64,000 bases of DNA from positions 1 through 64,000 of the forward strand of contig DF237301.1 in assembly GCA_000708835.1 (NCBI GenBank). The letters run 5' to 3'. A program made the position numbers and the translations under genes. Below are positions 41,834-53,800 of this stretch, one piece after another. Numbering within the stretch: position 1 is the first letter of the stretch; each line of letters starts with the position of its first letter. The DNA is from Klebsormidium nitens. Lineage: Eukaryota > Plantae > Klebsormidiophyceae. The notes below the pieces were generated by a model. The model saw only the letters and a list, made by a program, of their open reading frames with translations. It was not told where the DNA came from and made no database searches.

Positions 41834-44800
41834 ATGCAAATCCCCGACCCGTCCATTGACGAGTTCTTAGAAGCCTTTCTCCTCAACTACGGCAACCTAT
41901 CCGACCGCTTCCCCCGCTTGTCCCCACCCCTCATAGAAGACCCCCCGGTGCCTGACGATCCGTTTGCTGGGGTAGTTCTCGACTGGGGGGACGAGGAAAA
42001 CAATCAGCAGGACGAAGAGATGGAGGACTATTACGGTGTCGAGGCGGCAGACCCGGAGGGGCTTGTGTTTGACTTGACACAGGACCTGCTCTACAAAGTG
42101 TTCTCGCACCTGGATGCGCCGGGGCTGTGCAGCGTGGCGCAAGTGTGCCGCCAATGGGGGGCGATGAGCGTACATGAGGACTTTTGGCACACGCTGGACT
42201 TCACTAGGAAAGAACTACGCACTGAGGATGGTGAGTGGACTGGGAGCTTTTCTTATGAAGCCTTGGGAACTGAGAACTCAAAAGGTTGTCGGAGGACAGC
42301 ATTTTGTAATAGTTGTGCAAAAAGTACTTTAGTTTGGCACCTACGAACAGCACTTGACCGCTGTGCGTCATCAGAGGTCAGTTTGGAATTCCAGGATCTG
42401 CCTGATTGTTCCAAACGTTTCCCTCTGTTGAGGTTGCAAGGATCCCAGCGTTTCATAGTCAAAGACACAGTCACAGCGCAAGGGGCTGCGCAGGACCACA
42501 CTCCGTTACGAGGTTCTCATTGCTTGTATGTCTCATATTTATCATCTAGCTTCTTTCTTTTTGATTGCCAGGACATGGAGTTCATGCAGGTAGAATGATG
42601 CCGCTTAATCAATCACTCGTTGTGGTAAATAATCTTTAATCATCGAAACATTGGTATTCATTCGAATTTCTAGAAATTGGTTGCAGAATTGCGTGCACTT
42701 ACAGTCAGACGGTGCTGGTTGTGGAAGGCTTCTCCCTTGATACGTTTCCCTTGCCTTTGAGTCCCTTTGCCTGCCTCACACTTGTTTTGCACCTTGCAGT
42801 TGTTGACGTGTGCAAGAAGTTTAGCAACGCATCGACGGTACTGATGGGGAATGGCAACCGACTGGATGAGTACATTGTTCAGAAGGCCCTCGGCCGCCTG
42901 AGGTGCGTGCCTCACTCCCGCACGTACTTCCTTCATGCTGACGTCACCATGCTTAGTTCACCTGTGCCGGGTCCAGAAGCCCTATGCCAGCTCAGGCGGG
43001 CACCGATGCCGTCCCTAGTTGTCCCTAGTCCTCCTCCACGCTAAAGTCTCGTTTGCCTAGTTTTCCGGTGCATGGTCTCGAAGGCCCTCGGCCACTATAA
43101 GTATCTGCCCTGCTCCCGCGCTCTCGTTTCAAAGCCGCGAGCCCCCCGCCCAATCTAGTCTGCAGAGTCTAGTCAGCCCTCCAGCAGCTCGGTTACAAGC
43201 CTGGACCGCCTTTTTTGTTTCCACGGATGAGAAGGTAGCGGATCACTGCGGAAGTAAGGACCAATTGTGCAGTTCATGCTTTGTTCCAATCGTGAGGAAT
43301 GCAGCAGTCCATTTGAAACGCTAAAACACTCATAATCAACCGCGTAACGACTTGCCATCTCTTCACGCTTAGTTCTGCCGGTCGGCTCTCGCAGGAACCT
43401 GACGTCACTCTCCATCACCGACGCCCACAACAACCTGTCGAGCGCGGACCACTTCTTCCGGGCGCTCACTCAGCACTGTCGCGCCCTGACCACACTGTCC
43501 GTGACCAACGTCATGCTCACGTCATCGATGGTCGTCATCAGCCATCCGCAGCTCCAGGTTTGACTCTGCCCAATTACGGCCTCTTGAGAAGTTTTCCCAT
43601 AGGGCGACTTTCTGCTCTCCAGTTTCTCACTCCAGTGATTTCGCCGCACAGGATACTCAATTTGACACCAACTACGGTCACCCCCCCAAAAAGGTTCCGA
43701 CGTCAAACAAGGTGTTTCGCCCTACGCGTGATCACCTTTCGACTAGTTTACAACCAAATTTCCGTTCGAATTCAGTCACCCTCCGTCCCTCCGCAGAGGC
43801 TATTTCTGGACCACACCCACAAACCATGGGCTCCGCCTTGCCTTCCCCGCCCTGAAAATCCCAAAAGTAGAAAAGTGGTCTCGCCGAATGCACACGCGTT
43901 CGCAACCATGTGCCATCAGATTCATTGCATCCCATCCTCATTGCAGACGCTAGTCTTGGACCACACCCACAACCACGGCCTCCGCCTCGCATGCCCCGCG
44001 CTCAAGTCCCTCTCCCTCCAACACGCCACCCTGAGCGGACTCCTCCTCGAGTGCCCCCTCCTGGAGAGCGTCAACGTCGGGGCCTGCGCCAAGCTCGCTG
44101 ACGTCATGCTGAGGACGGCGCTCGTGGCGTGCCCCGCGCTGAAGCGGCTGGACGTGAGCGGGTGCGCGCTGGTCACGGACGACACGATGCGCCAGGTGGC
44201 GGTCGCGTGCGCGAGGCTGGAGCGCCTTGACGCGAGCCACTGCCCGTTGCTGACCTTTTCGGTGAGCTTCAGCAGTCACACACTATCTTCATTGTTGGCT
44301 TTCCGAAGTCGGGTTCTCAAAGGCGGTCTGAGTTCGCCAGCCGTGCGGGAAGCTGGAACACCTCAATATAAGCCACCACCCACTGCTGACCCTCTTGGTG
44401 GCATGTTTGTGTTAACGTTTGACGGGAGGTTCCGAAGCCTTCCATGGTTGGTAGCTCAAAATAAAGCGTGGCTTTTGCTTGACACACCGTGGCGGGGCGA
44501 GCACAAGCCGAAAAGGCTGCTATACAGGCAAGTTTGTGCTACTCTAAAGACATGGAGGGTTGGAAGCTCTCCGGACTACTCGTTTGTCTGTCGTTTGAAC
44601 TGAGCGATGTGTTCGTCACGTCCTCCAGGGGCCAGCGTGACGATTTTGCACTTACAACACGCACAGCATTCGAAGCAAGCGATGATCAAAGCGTTGTTTT
44701 GCAGAACGTCCGCTTCCCTGCGCTCCTGGAGTTCACCGCCATGGGCTGCGAGGGCGTGGCCACGAGTTGTGTCAACATGCTGGGCTACGCGCACCAACTG

Positions 44801-47800
44801 GAGAGCTTGACACTGGACTACTGCTGGACGCTAGCGGCGCTGGAGTTGGAGCTGTACCATCTGCAGAACGTCAGCCTTTTCAACTGTCGAATGTGAGCGC
44901 CGCGAGGTTTTAACTCCTCACCCGGGTTGATGTTCCAGGATAACGCGCTCTGTGATGCGACGAGTGACAGGGATTTCGGGAACGTTAAGGTGCTGTGGAT
45001 GTAGAAGCGGAGGGGATCTGCGAATGCAGAACATCAGCACCTTACTTCAATCGAGTTGAACGGAGGTTTTCAAATGCAAGTCGGTCTGACGAGTTGACGG
45101 CGAGTTAAGGTTACACCTCTGGTAACTTCTTCCAAATGAGCGCTCTTTGATATTGGGCAGCAACCGTTGGCATTGCCTTTCGTATGCTGCTGGCAACAGC
45201 CCTTGACAGACTCTTTAAACGCTAATTGTTCACTTGGATAGCTCGACCCGGCTGGAATATTTTTTGAGTCCGGGCCAAGACTTGTTGGCTCATAACATGG
45301 CAATCGGTTAGGTGATAACCGCCATCTATTGCAATCTTTGGCCGTCCCGCCTGTGGCCCACCCCCACTTCATGCAGTCATTGAAGGTGTACTCGCAAGCC
45401 TTCAGACGTCTTTGATCCAGCGAAGTTTTCAACTCAACTAACGAGTATCTAAGCACAGAAACAAATTCTCGCCTCAAACCCCAGGCTGAAGTCATGTCAA
45501 ACCGACTTTGAAACTTTGAATGGAAAAGTTCTGAAATGTCGAACTATTGCCAGGTTGTCGGACGTGAAGCTTCGCACCCCCCGTCTGTCCTCGCTCCGCC
45601 TCGACAGTTGCGGCGCGCTGCGGAAAGTCGACATCTACTCCGCCGAGCTGCGCGCGCTGGCCCTGCGGGGCCAGCCCTTCCTGCGGGAGGTGCGCCTACG
45701 TGGGCCGGAGCTGACGTCACTCGACCTCACCGAGTGCGACGGGCTGCACGAGCTGACGGGGGAGGCGTTCCTGGACCCGCAGGCGTGCCCCAAGATGACG
45801 TCACTCGTGTTGGACAACTGCGAGGTGAGAGGAGAGGCATGGTTGTGTACTTCGTGGGAATTTGGATATAGCTGGGCGAATGGGAGGGCTATCAGTGGGG
45901 TTTTTGAGGTCCAGGAACCTTTGAGAGGGGAGTCGATCCCGTCACACCAGATGAGCAATTCTTTCACCTTCACGTCCTTTCTTTGCTCCGTATTTTTGAA
46001 TCTGATCGATCCAGAGTTCAATTCCATCGCGCCAGCGAGGTCACTCTAATATCAACGGCTCTTCTTCCAGGTACACGTCTTTTATTCTTTCCGTTTCATT
46101 TCGGCCCGTCTCATGTCCAAGAGTACGTGCACCAGCTATCAGACATCCACGTCTGCCACCCAGTCACATGATTCTTCTTCTTGCTTTCTGCAGAGTCTTT
46201 TCCTTTCTGTCATTTGCCTCGCTCTCCTTCGGTCCGTTCTCTCCTCTCCGATTGGTTCTGCCATTTCCTCCATAACTCCACCCTTACCCGTCTCCCCTGC
46301 TGGAGGGGCTTGTCTTATTAGGCCCTCGATTTCTTTTCGAATTTGCGCCTTTTCTTACCTTTGTGTCATCGTCGCTCACCATCCTATGTTCCTCCTCATG
46401 CCCTTGCTCGTCTCCGCTTATTCCACTTCATTCAGTTCTTGTACTGTCGCTTCATTCAAACGGTTCTTTCCTTCTTGTTTTATCCAATTTTATTCCCATT
46501 TTGCTCCATCTCAACCCTCGTCGTTTTTCCTTTTCTTCCTCCCCGCGGGGCCTAAGCCGCCTAAACCTCGCTTTCCCCTCCCTTGCGAGTTCTGTTTCTA
46601 CTTTTGAATTCAAAAAACACACACGTTGTTATTTTCCCCAAGAGGACCAATATCCAGTCCGCCTCCCCCCCCCCCAATTTTCTTTCCTGTTTAGATCAGC
46701 TTTGCCCCTTCCCTACTCACATCCTCTACTTCTCGCAGGGCCTGACCCGCCTGACCCTTGCATCCCCCTCCCTCTCCCGCCTCTCCCTCGCCGGCTGCTC
46801 CGGCCTCAGCGCCGTCGACCTCGCCTGCCCCGCGCTGACGTCACTCGCCACCGACGGCTGCAACCGCCTCGCAACTGCGCGCCTGGCGCCCGTCGCGCTC
46901 GCTGACGTCAGCCTGGGCACGTGTCCCCACCTCGCATCACTCTGCATCCAGTCGGCGGAGCTCGCGGGGCTGGACTTACGCGGGTGCGGCGCGCTCGAGG
47001 GCGTGGAGCTGGACTGCCCGGCGATGACGCGCCTCGACACGTCATACTGCAGGTGGGGGCCCGCTTTTCAAAGTCAGTAGTGTGTCTTGGTATTTGAACG
47101 TCTTGATTTGAAGACAGACTTGGTGGATTTGACTTGCGCCAGGTGAGAGCTGCGGATTTGCAGAGTCGGGTTTTTCATGATTTCGCAACCTTTCTCGTGA
47201 GTCCTTAGGTATCGCTAACTAAGTGTACCGCGAATTTCCCACGATGTGACACGTCAATTGTCTGCGCTCTCAATGGCCCCTTCTTCATACGAGGAGTTTG
47301 AGGGCTCTTAAGCTTTATTGAAGCCTGCTTCTCAAACCAACAAAGTTTTCGACCATTACTGGTCTCCTGAGTTGCCCTTTAAGGTCCGCGAGCGATGATG
47401 ACCATTTTTCGCTGACCTGAAGAGGCCAGAAAACGTTGTCGGTCTTGACGCTAAAGACCTTGGGCGAGTCTCAAACCGTACAAAACCTGCAGTGCGTTTG
47501 CTTGCTTAGCTACTGACTGGACTGCTCGTTTTGGACTGATGCAGTGCTGGCACCCAATTCAGCACCTTACTTTTTGCGTTTTCTTTTCGAGTACGACAAT
47601 AGTCTGGATGCAGTCAGTAGGCTAATACTTTCACTTCCGCAACTTTTGCTATCTCAGCACGACGAATTGAGAGTAATGAAGGCAATAGCGCAGCAATTCT
47701 GTGCACTTCAGCCACTGCAGCTTCTTCCAGATTCTGCTGAGCGCCGAAGTCAGCGATCAAATCAGGGCATTGGTGCAGTCAGCGTTTGAGACTTTGATGG

Positions 47801-50800
47801 CGTTGGTTGACCCCGATATAGACTACGTTCTAGGGTTTATTTTGAATGGCGTGTCTTGACCACCACTAAGCCGCCTTTCTCCTTGTCACCAAGCCAATCG
47901 TCTGCTTCCAATCGGAATCCCTACAGCTCGTTGCTCATCGTATCACAACCGCTGATTGCCAACTTTCTCCGTGGCTTTTGCCACTTCCCATTTACCTTCT
48001 AGCATGTGCCAACACCCGTTTTAATGGAGATGCCTCTCAGACGAATCCGCATCTACTGGAACCAATCTCAAGCCGTAGATCTTGACGTAGCTGATCGGAT
48101 TGTAGGGACAGTGCCTGCAAAAGTGTGTATTGGCGGTGATAGAGCAGCACACCGACGTGGCCAATGATGGTCAGCGCCATGGTGTGTGTCACGGATACAA
48201 TTCTGCTTGCAAGCCCTTTCCCTTTGGCTGTGCAATGTGGCCCCTCCTGTTGCCATGGCGTAGAGAACTCACAGTCCTTCAACTGCTCATCAAGGGAGCA
48301 GGGGAACCAATCTTTTTTTTCAAGGTCAAGCCTGCGCTGAGTGGTCTCCAGATAACTGACAATCTAGATGGTTCTACTGACATGTCGTGAGAGATTGCTA
48401 CAAGGCGAAGCCGCCACTCCGGATGCTGACAAGCTCCGCGATAGAAGCGAGCTCGACAATCTGGTCCTGTTCTAAGTGTTCAGCTGTCTTTTAGTCTGCC
48501 TTGCACCCATTCTGTGGGGTCGGGGGGAGGCTACACTTGAATTGACGTCACACGATTTGGCCGTGAGAAAGCTGACACGACCTGACGATCGAAACCCCAG
48601 TTTCCAGCCTTTGGATCTGCCACATCTACTATATCCACCAACACGTTACTATTTAGGAGGTGAAAGAGGTGAAAGAGCTCTTGGGACCGATTCCAACATG
48701 TCTTTCTTAAGGTCCGGGCAACGCGGATGCGCTTGAAGAATGACCAACTGTCCCTCTTGAGGTAGTGCAGCGTCAAGTTTCACAGAGCCTGGTGGCGCAG
48801 ATTACGCCCGGCACAGGCGATAAAGCTCTGCAAGGGCTGATTGATCTCGACGCTTGTGCTGACTATGGTCCAGTTTTGTCGGTCGTAGCGACTCTGCCTG
48901 CTTGACATCCGAAGTCTTCTGTCTGCGTGCTTTGCATGTTGAAACCCCAGATAAATGTTGAAGAGATAACAACGAACCAAGGACCAGTCATTACTGGAAG
49001 ATCATGCTGAAGTTCTTCACTTTGTTGGTGGCACTTCCAATCTCCTCTTGCAGCCAGACTGTTTTTGGCGGACTAGTGAGTCACTGTATGAAGCTGCTTT
49101 GGCCATGATAAAGCTACGACGTGGCCTCCTCAAAATCCATGTGTATGCCACTCAAAATGCCAAAATCACATCGGCGCAGCTATAAAATCCCCTCTGGCAC
49201 CACCGACACTAGCTTCTTCTGCTTTCTGTACTGACGTCAAGCTGAATGAGCGCTTCCTCGACTGCCCCCTTGTCTCGATTTTTGTTATCAGAACACTTCT
49301 CTCAACCCAACTTCCTTCAAATTGGTCTTCACAAACTTTTTTGCCCAGAGTTTCATGGAATGTTTTAGGCTGTTGTGAAAGTCTTCCGAGTTTGGAGCTC
49401 TTGGAAGGTCATTCTCGGGCAACCTTGGCCATGACGACAAGGCCGCCTGGCTTCCGTTGAGGTCAATCGAGCTTGCCACCGAGCCAATCAAAGAAAACGT
49501 CACCTTCGACCGTTCATCAAGAGTGCCGTAAGGAAACATGGAATTGGCCAGTCCAATAGGGCAAAGTCTGAAATGACTCTTGTGGAACCTGACTGCCGAG
49601 CAGTCAGTATATCACTGGGTATGAACCTTATTGTGCGAAGCGAAGGCAAGATCGGCGTCAAAAGATCTACGTCACTGTCTTCGCACCACTCTGCTCCAGT
49701 GTGGGACTTCAAGGAGCGGTAGAATCTTCTGCACTGCGCTTGAGGACCTGGAAAACAGAACGTACGTAATGAAAGGCGGTTCTGATTGCAAGCTCAAAAC
49801 GGGCGTCAAGGCGGCTGTTGATGTTCAAGACACTTCCGACTGCCTTTGAATGATACAGCAACAATCCTTACCTGGGCCGACTTGCTCGTCACCAATATAT
49901 ACCGACATTTGTTCCGCTTGTCGTGTTTATGCATTGTCTGCCCAGTACTCTGCAAGCTCGGTTTGAATTACGTGGGCTTTGCTCCACGTCAGCCATTTGC
50001 ACAGGTCAGGTTGCACCAGTCAGGATTTGTCACTTTGTTCTCGAGAGGAGGTCCCATCCAAACCGAGGGACGTTGCGGTCGTTCAAATACGACAATGTTG
50101 CATCCCCTTACCCACAACAGTTGATCTGCTCTTTTTCGGCATGCAGACTACCGTCAATATAACGAGAAACAAATCCGCGTTGGTCGTGATAAAACAGCAC
50201 GGCTGAGGTGGCCACTCAGCCTTCCCTCTATGAACCACATCTAAAATCTAATGTGCTACTGTGCTGTTCCTCTCCTGAATCGGCCCACTTTTGTGCAGAC
50301 AAATGAAGTTAACGGTGCGGCCGTTTTCTGCTCTGTTGTTGGTGCAATAAAAAGCAGATCCGTTGACAAGAGCATACAGAGGACTCACGCTTCCCTTGTA
50401 TGTAATGCGAAACCTGTTAGTTCCACTTTCTGTCCACGAGGCTGGAAGCGACCGTCGTAAGGGGTCGGTAAGCGAGGACTCAACCGCGTTAAAACGGGCT
50501 CGTCAAGAAACTTCGTGGAGCTCTGGTAGCGACTTTTGAAGCCGGACGTGCCTGGGTGTCTACCTCTGACCGGCCCCCTTGAGCCGCGAAGACCCCGCCT
50601 TTGCTGTCGCAGGTGCTCTATGATGCCGGTGGTTGTGATTTTGATAACCTGCTGAGGAAGAAGCACCTGGGAGCAGGTCCTCGGCTCCTTTGCCTTTCCG
50701 TCTGGTAGGTTATCCTTTTGGAAGACTTTGATTCTGGCCATGACAACTCTTTTGCCTGTCCTGACGGAGGCAATGAACATTGACGACCAGATTTGAGCCA

Positions 50801-53800
50801 CACTGTATGTTCAAACGTCCCTTTCCAAGCTGCCAGTGTTTGCTCTTATCCTGGTCTGGATACTGTTCACACCTGCAAAACTACTGATTTGCGTTGAGTA
50901 AGTGACCAGAACACAAGGGCTATGATGTCACCTTGGAGAGGTCAGGCAGAATGGTGCAAACCTTTGATGCCGAGTCGCGTCGACTGTTCTTGGCAGAGCC
51001 ATCTAGAGGAGTCTACCATCGCTCACCTTTCAAGTTGTGTTGCAGCGGAAGCATCCCTTGTTCTCATTTCGCGAGATAGCTCCCGTACCGGTCTTCACCA
51101 GTACGTTAAGCCTTCACTTGGAATGTGATTTAAGTTATTCTGAATGTCCAACATTCAGGGATGAGAGGCTGATGGACCAAAGCTACCGCACGTGACACCA
51201 AATGCTATTGCCTGTAAGCGCTGAGCTCTCGACTTCTATGCTCACTTTGATCAGAATCGTTCAAATCTCAAGGCACGCTCGAACTCAAGACCCAAAGAAC
51301 TTGTGAGCTCCGGCAAACGAAGCTAAATTTTGGTCTGTCAGTGAAACTTGGACACCTCTGAAATAGGTCGGGGTTCGAGCGTGGATCCTGCAGCTTCTTG
51401 CGATCCAATTGCCGCGTGTTTTCTTGACCCATCGAGCTGGTCTGGTTTGGTTTGATGAGCAATTTTGTTTCGACAGTTGAAGTAAGCCACGTTTGCATGA
51501 CGGTAAAGTCGACACTTCGCAATGCGTTTCGGCCGTGACAAATCGTAAGCGCTCACGTTGGCCTTTCCTGGCCACTGTTGAGCTCGTCTATGAGCCATTT
51601 CCGGCCTTTCTTTGATCTGGTTGGTACGAACTTTTTTTATCGGGTGTCCACAAGCAACACGACCTTTGTTGCTCTGACGATGATGGTGCTTCGTGAGCTC
51701 TTTGATCGTCCTCTGCCGAGATTGGACTCAGAGTTCGGATTGAAATTCTCGCGACGTCACATGTCCTTTGTCCATCACTTTTGCGCTGCCGTTTGCTTTT
51801 CACGGCGCGGTAGGTTTTTGTAGAGGCGATCTGGAGATATGTTTTCGATCCTCCAATGGCTGTGTACCAGCAGCCCTTATAGGCTGAAATCTTGAAATCT
51901 TGATGAACGAGTAGGCGTCGCTTTTCTTAAGAAGCCAACCCAACGTGCTACCGGCTCGTCTTTTTCAACCTCAGATGCTCATGGCTCATTACCCCGCTTT
52001 ACTGGTCGGATTCTGTTGAACGATGACAAGGGCTTTGCCAATACGTCATTTTAAAGACACGTCGCCATGGCATGCCTTGGTACTGTCAACCGTTGATCTA
52101 AAGGTCGTTCAAATCACGACTGGTTTTTGCATCCTTGAGAAGCGGCCGCCGGGTCCTTGAATTGGTAATGACATAGCACATGCCGGGCATGCTAGGGGCC
52201 AAGATTTGGTTCAGAGCCAGTAGTGATGCCAGTTCAGAGATTCTCGGACGAGGCCTGGTTTGAAGGGCGGTGTGGTCCCGCGTAGGGAGACTGAATCCGT
52301 CGAGCGCATGGTGAACGACAAGAGTGGCACTCTTTCAATTATCCAAGGCGATGATGGTAGGCGATGATGGCTACCGTTACTGACCACCTGAGGTCACAAA
52401 GAGGGATCTTACGGATGCCAGAATTCTTATCCTTTTTGAAATAGCATGTTTGCGACTTCCAAAACAAATCGAGGGCCATGTAGTACAGGTCCATCTGAGA
52501 CGTGGCACTGCGGTCACCTCGCGTTTCCGAAATGATGAACTGGTGATCCTTGGTAGATTTGCATCACTCCGAAAGACGTGCAAACGTGATGTTGAGCTTC
52601 TGAGGAAGCGCCCCCTCGGGCCTCCAGCGAGTGCCGTTCTGCTTCAGACTTCTACTTCTGCCAGGCTGTTTTTGTGACGGCGTGCTCAGTAACAGCTGGC
52701 AATAAAGACAGCTCCTGATAGGCCTTCCTCGGGCCAGCACAAGTTGCAGATGGCCACGTCGCCGATTCGTTTCTCTTAAGCCGAGAACGGGGTTGTTCAA
52801 CGAGCGCTCAGCCTACCGAATGCGTCATATCAGTCGTCGGTTATGAAACCTGGACACGAATGGGCAACAGGGCGGCACAGCGGTTGCTACACGTTGCGGT
52901 GGTGCTGAGCATCTTTCGAACTGCCCCTCGCTTTTGTCCTGGAAGAATCTACTGGGTGGACACTTCTCCGTTATTTTGGGTCGGAGTGCGTTGTTTGGAA
53001 AAAGTCGGGGGCTGTTTTAGGCAATGAAATCGCTCAGCCATGATCGTGTTTGCGTGGTTCTGAAAGCCGTTGCGTTTAAAATCAACAGCATGGCTAAATA
53101 GAGTTGTCAAACAAGTTTCTAGCACCCTGTTCCTATAACAGAACGGTCCAGATTCAACGTCCTACTCCTGGACAATTGTCAAAGGAAAGAGGCATTGCGT
53201 TCCGAGATTATGTGCCTGACTGATGACATCCAAACGGAACTTTTTCCTTAAGCCTTCGTTTTTCTTACTATTTCATTCTGCAAGTGCTTATCCCAGCGAC
53301 ATGGTCCCCATATCACGGTCGATTGGACAGAAAGGGAAGCGTTTGTTTGTATATGTTAAGTCTGAAAACAATCCTTTAACCAAATGCCTGCATTCTTAAC
53401 ATCCTGTTCCTGGTGCTAATAAACGGACTTCAAAATAGACTCCCTTAGGGCAGAGGCCCCCTCTGTTAACATGGCTTCCCTCCGTCTTTATTTAGGCTGA
53501 ACCACTGATTAATTCTCTCTCCTCTATTGCAGCAAGCTGAGCAGTTTGTCGCTGGCCCCAATGGCCGCCAAGTGTCGCGCCCTGAGCACGCTGGTCCTGG
53601 CGGGTGCCGTCGTTTCATTGGACGGTCTCATGGCGCTGTCCGAACTGAAGAACCTGTCTAGACTGGACCTCTCCTACACAGAGATTGAGAGCCTCGAGCC
53701 AATCTTCTCTGCGTGCACGCAGCTGAAGGTGGGTGTCGTCTTGGTTAGGCTTTTAGGGTCAGGCTATAAGTCCTTGTCTCAACTCTGGCAGATTATCAAC

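Noticed and set aside
50640-50745. RIKVFQKDNLPDGKAKEPR resembles motif F of noda/tombus-like RdRps (possible endogenous virus)
   Set aside because: I found no downstream motif A/B or GDD, and the region has spliceosomal-type signals that fit a decayed DNA-transposon gene better. A translated RdRp HMM search would settle it.
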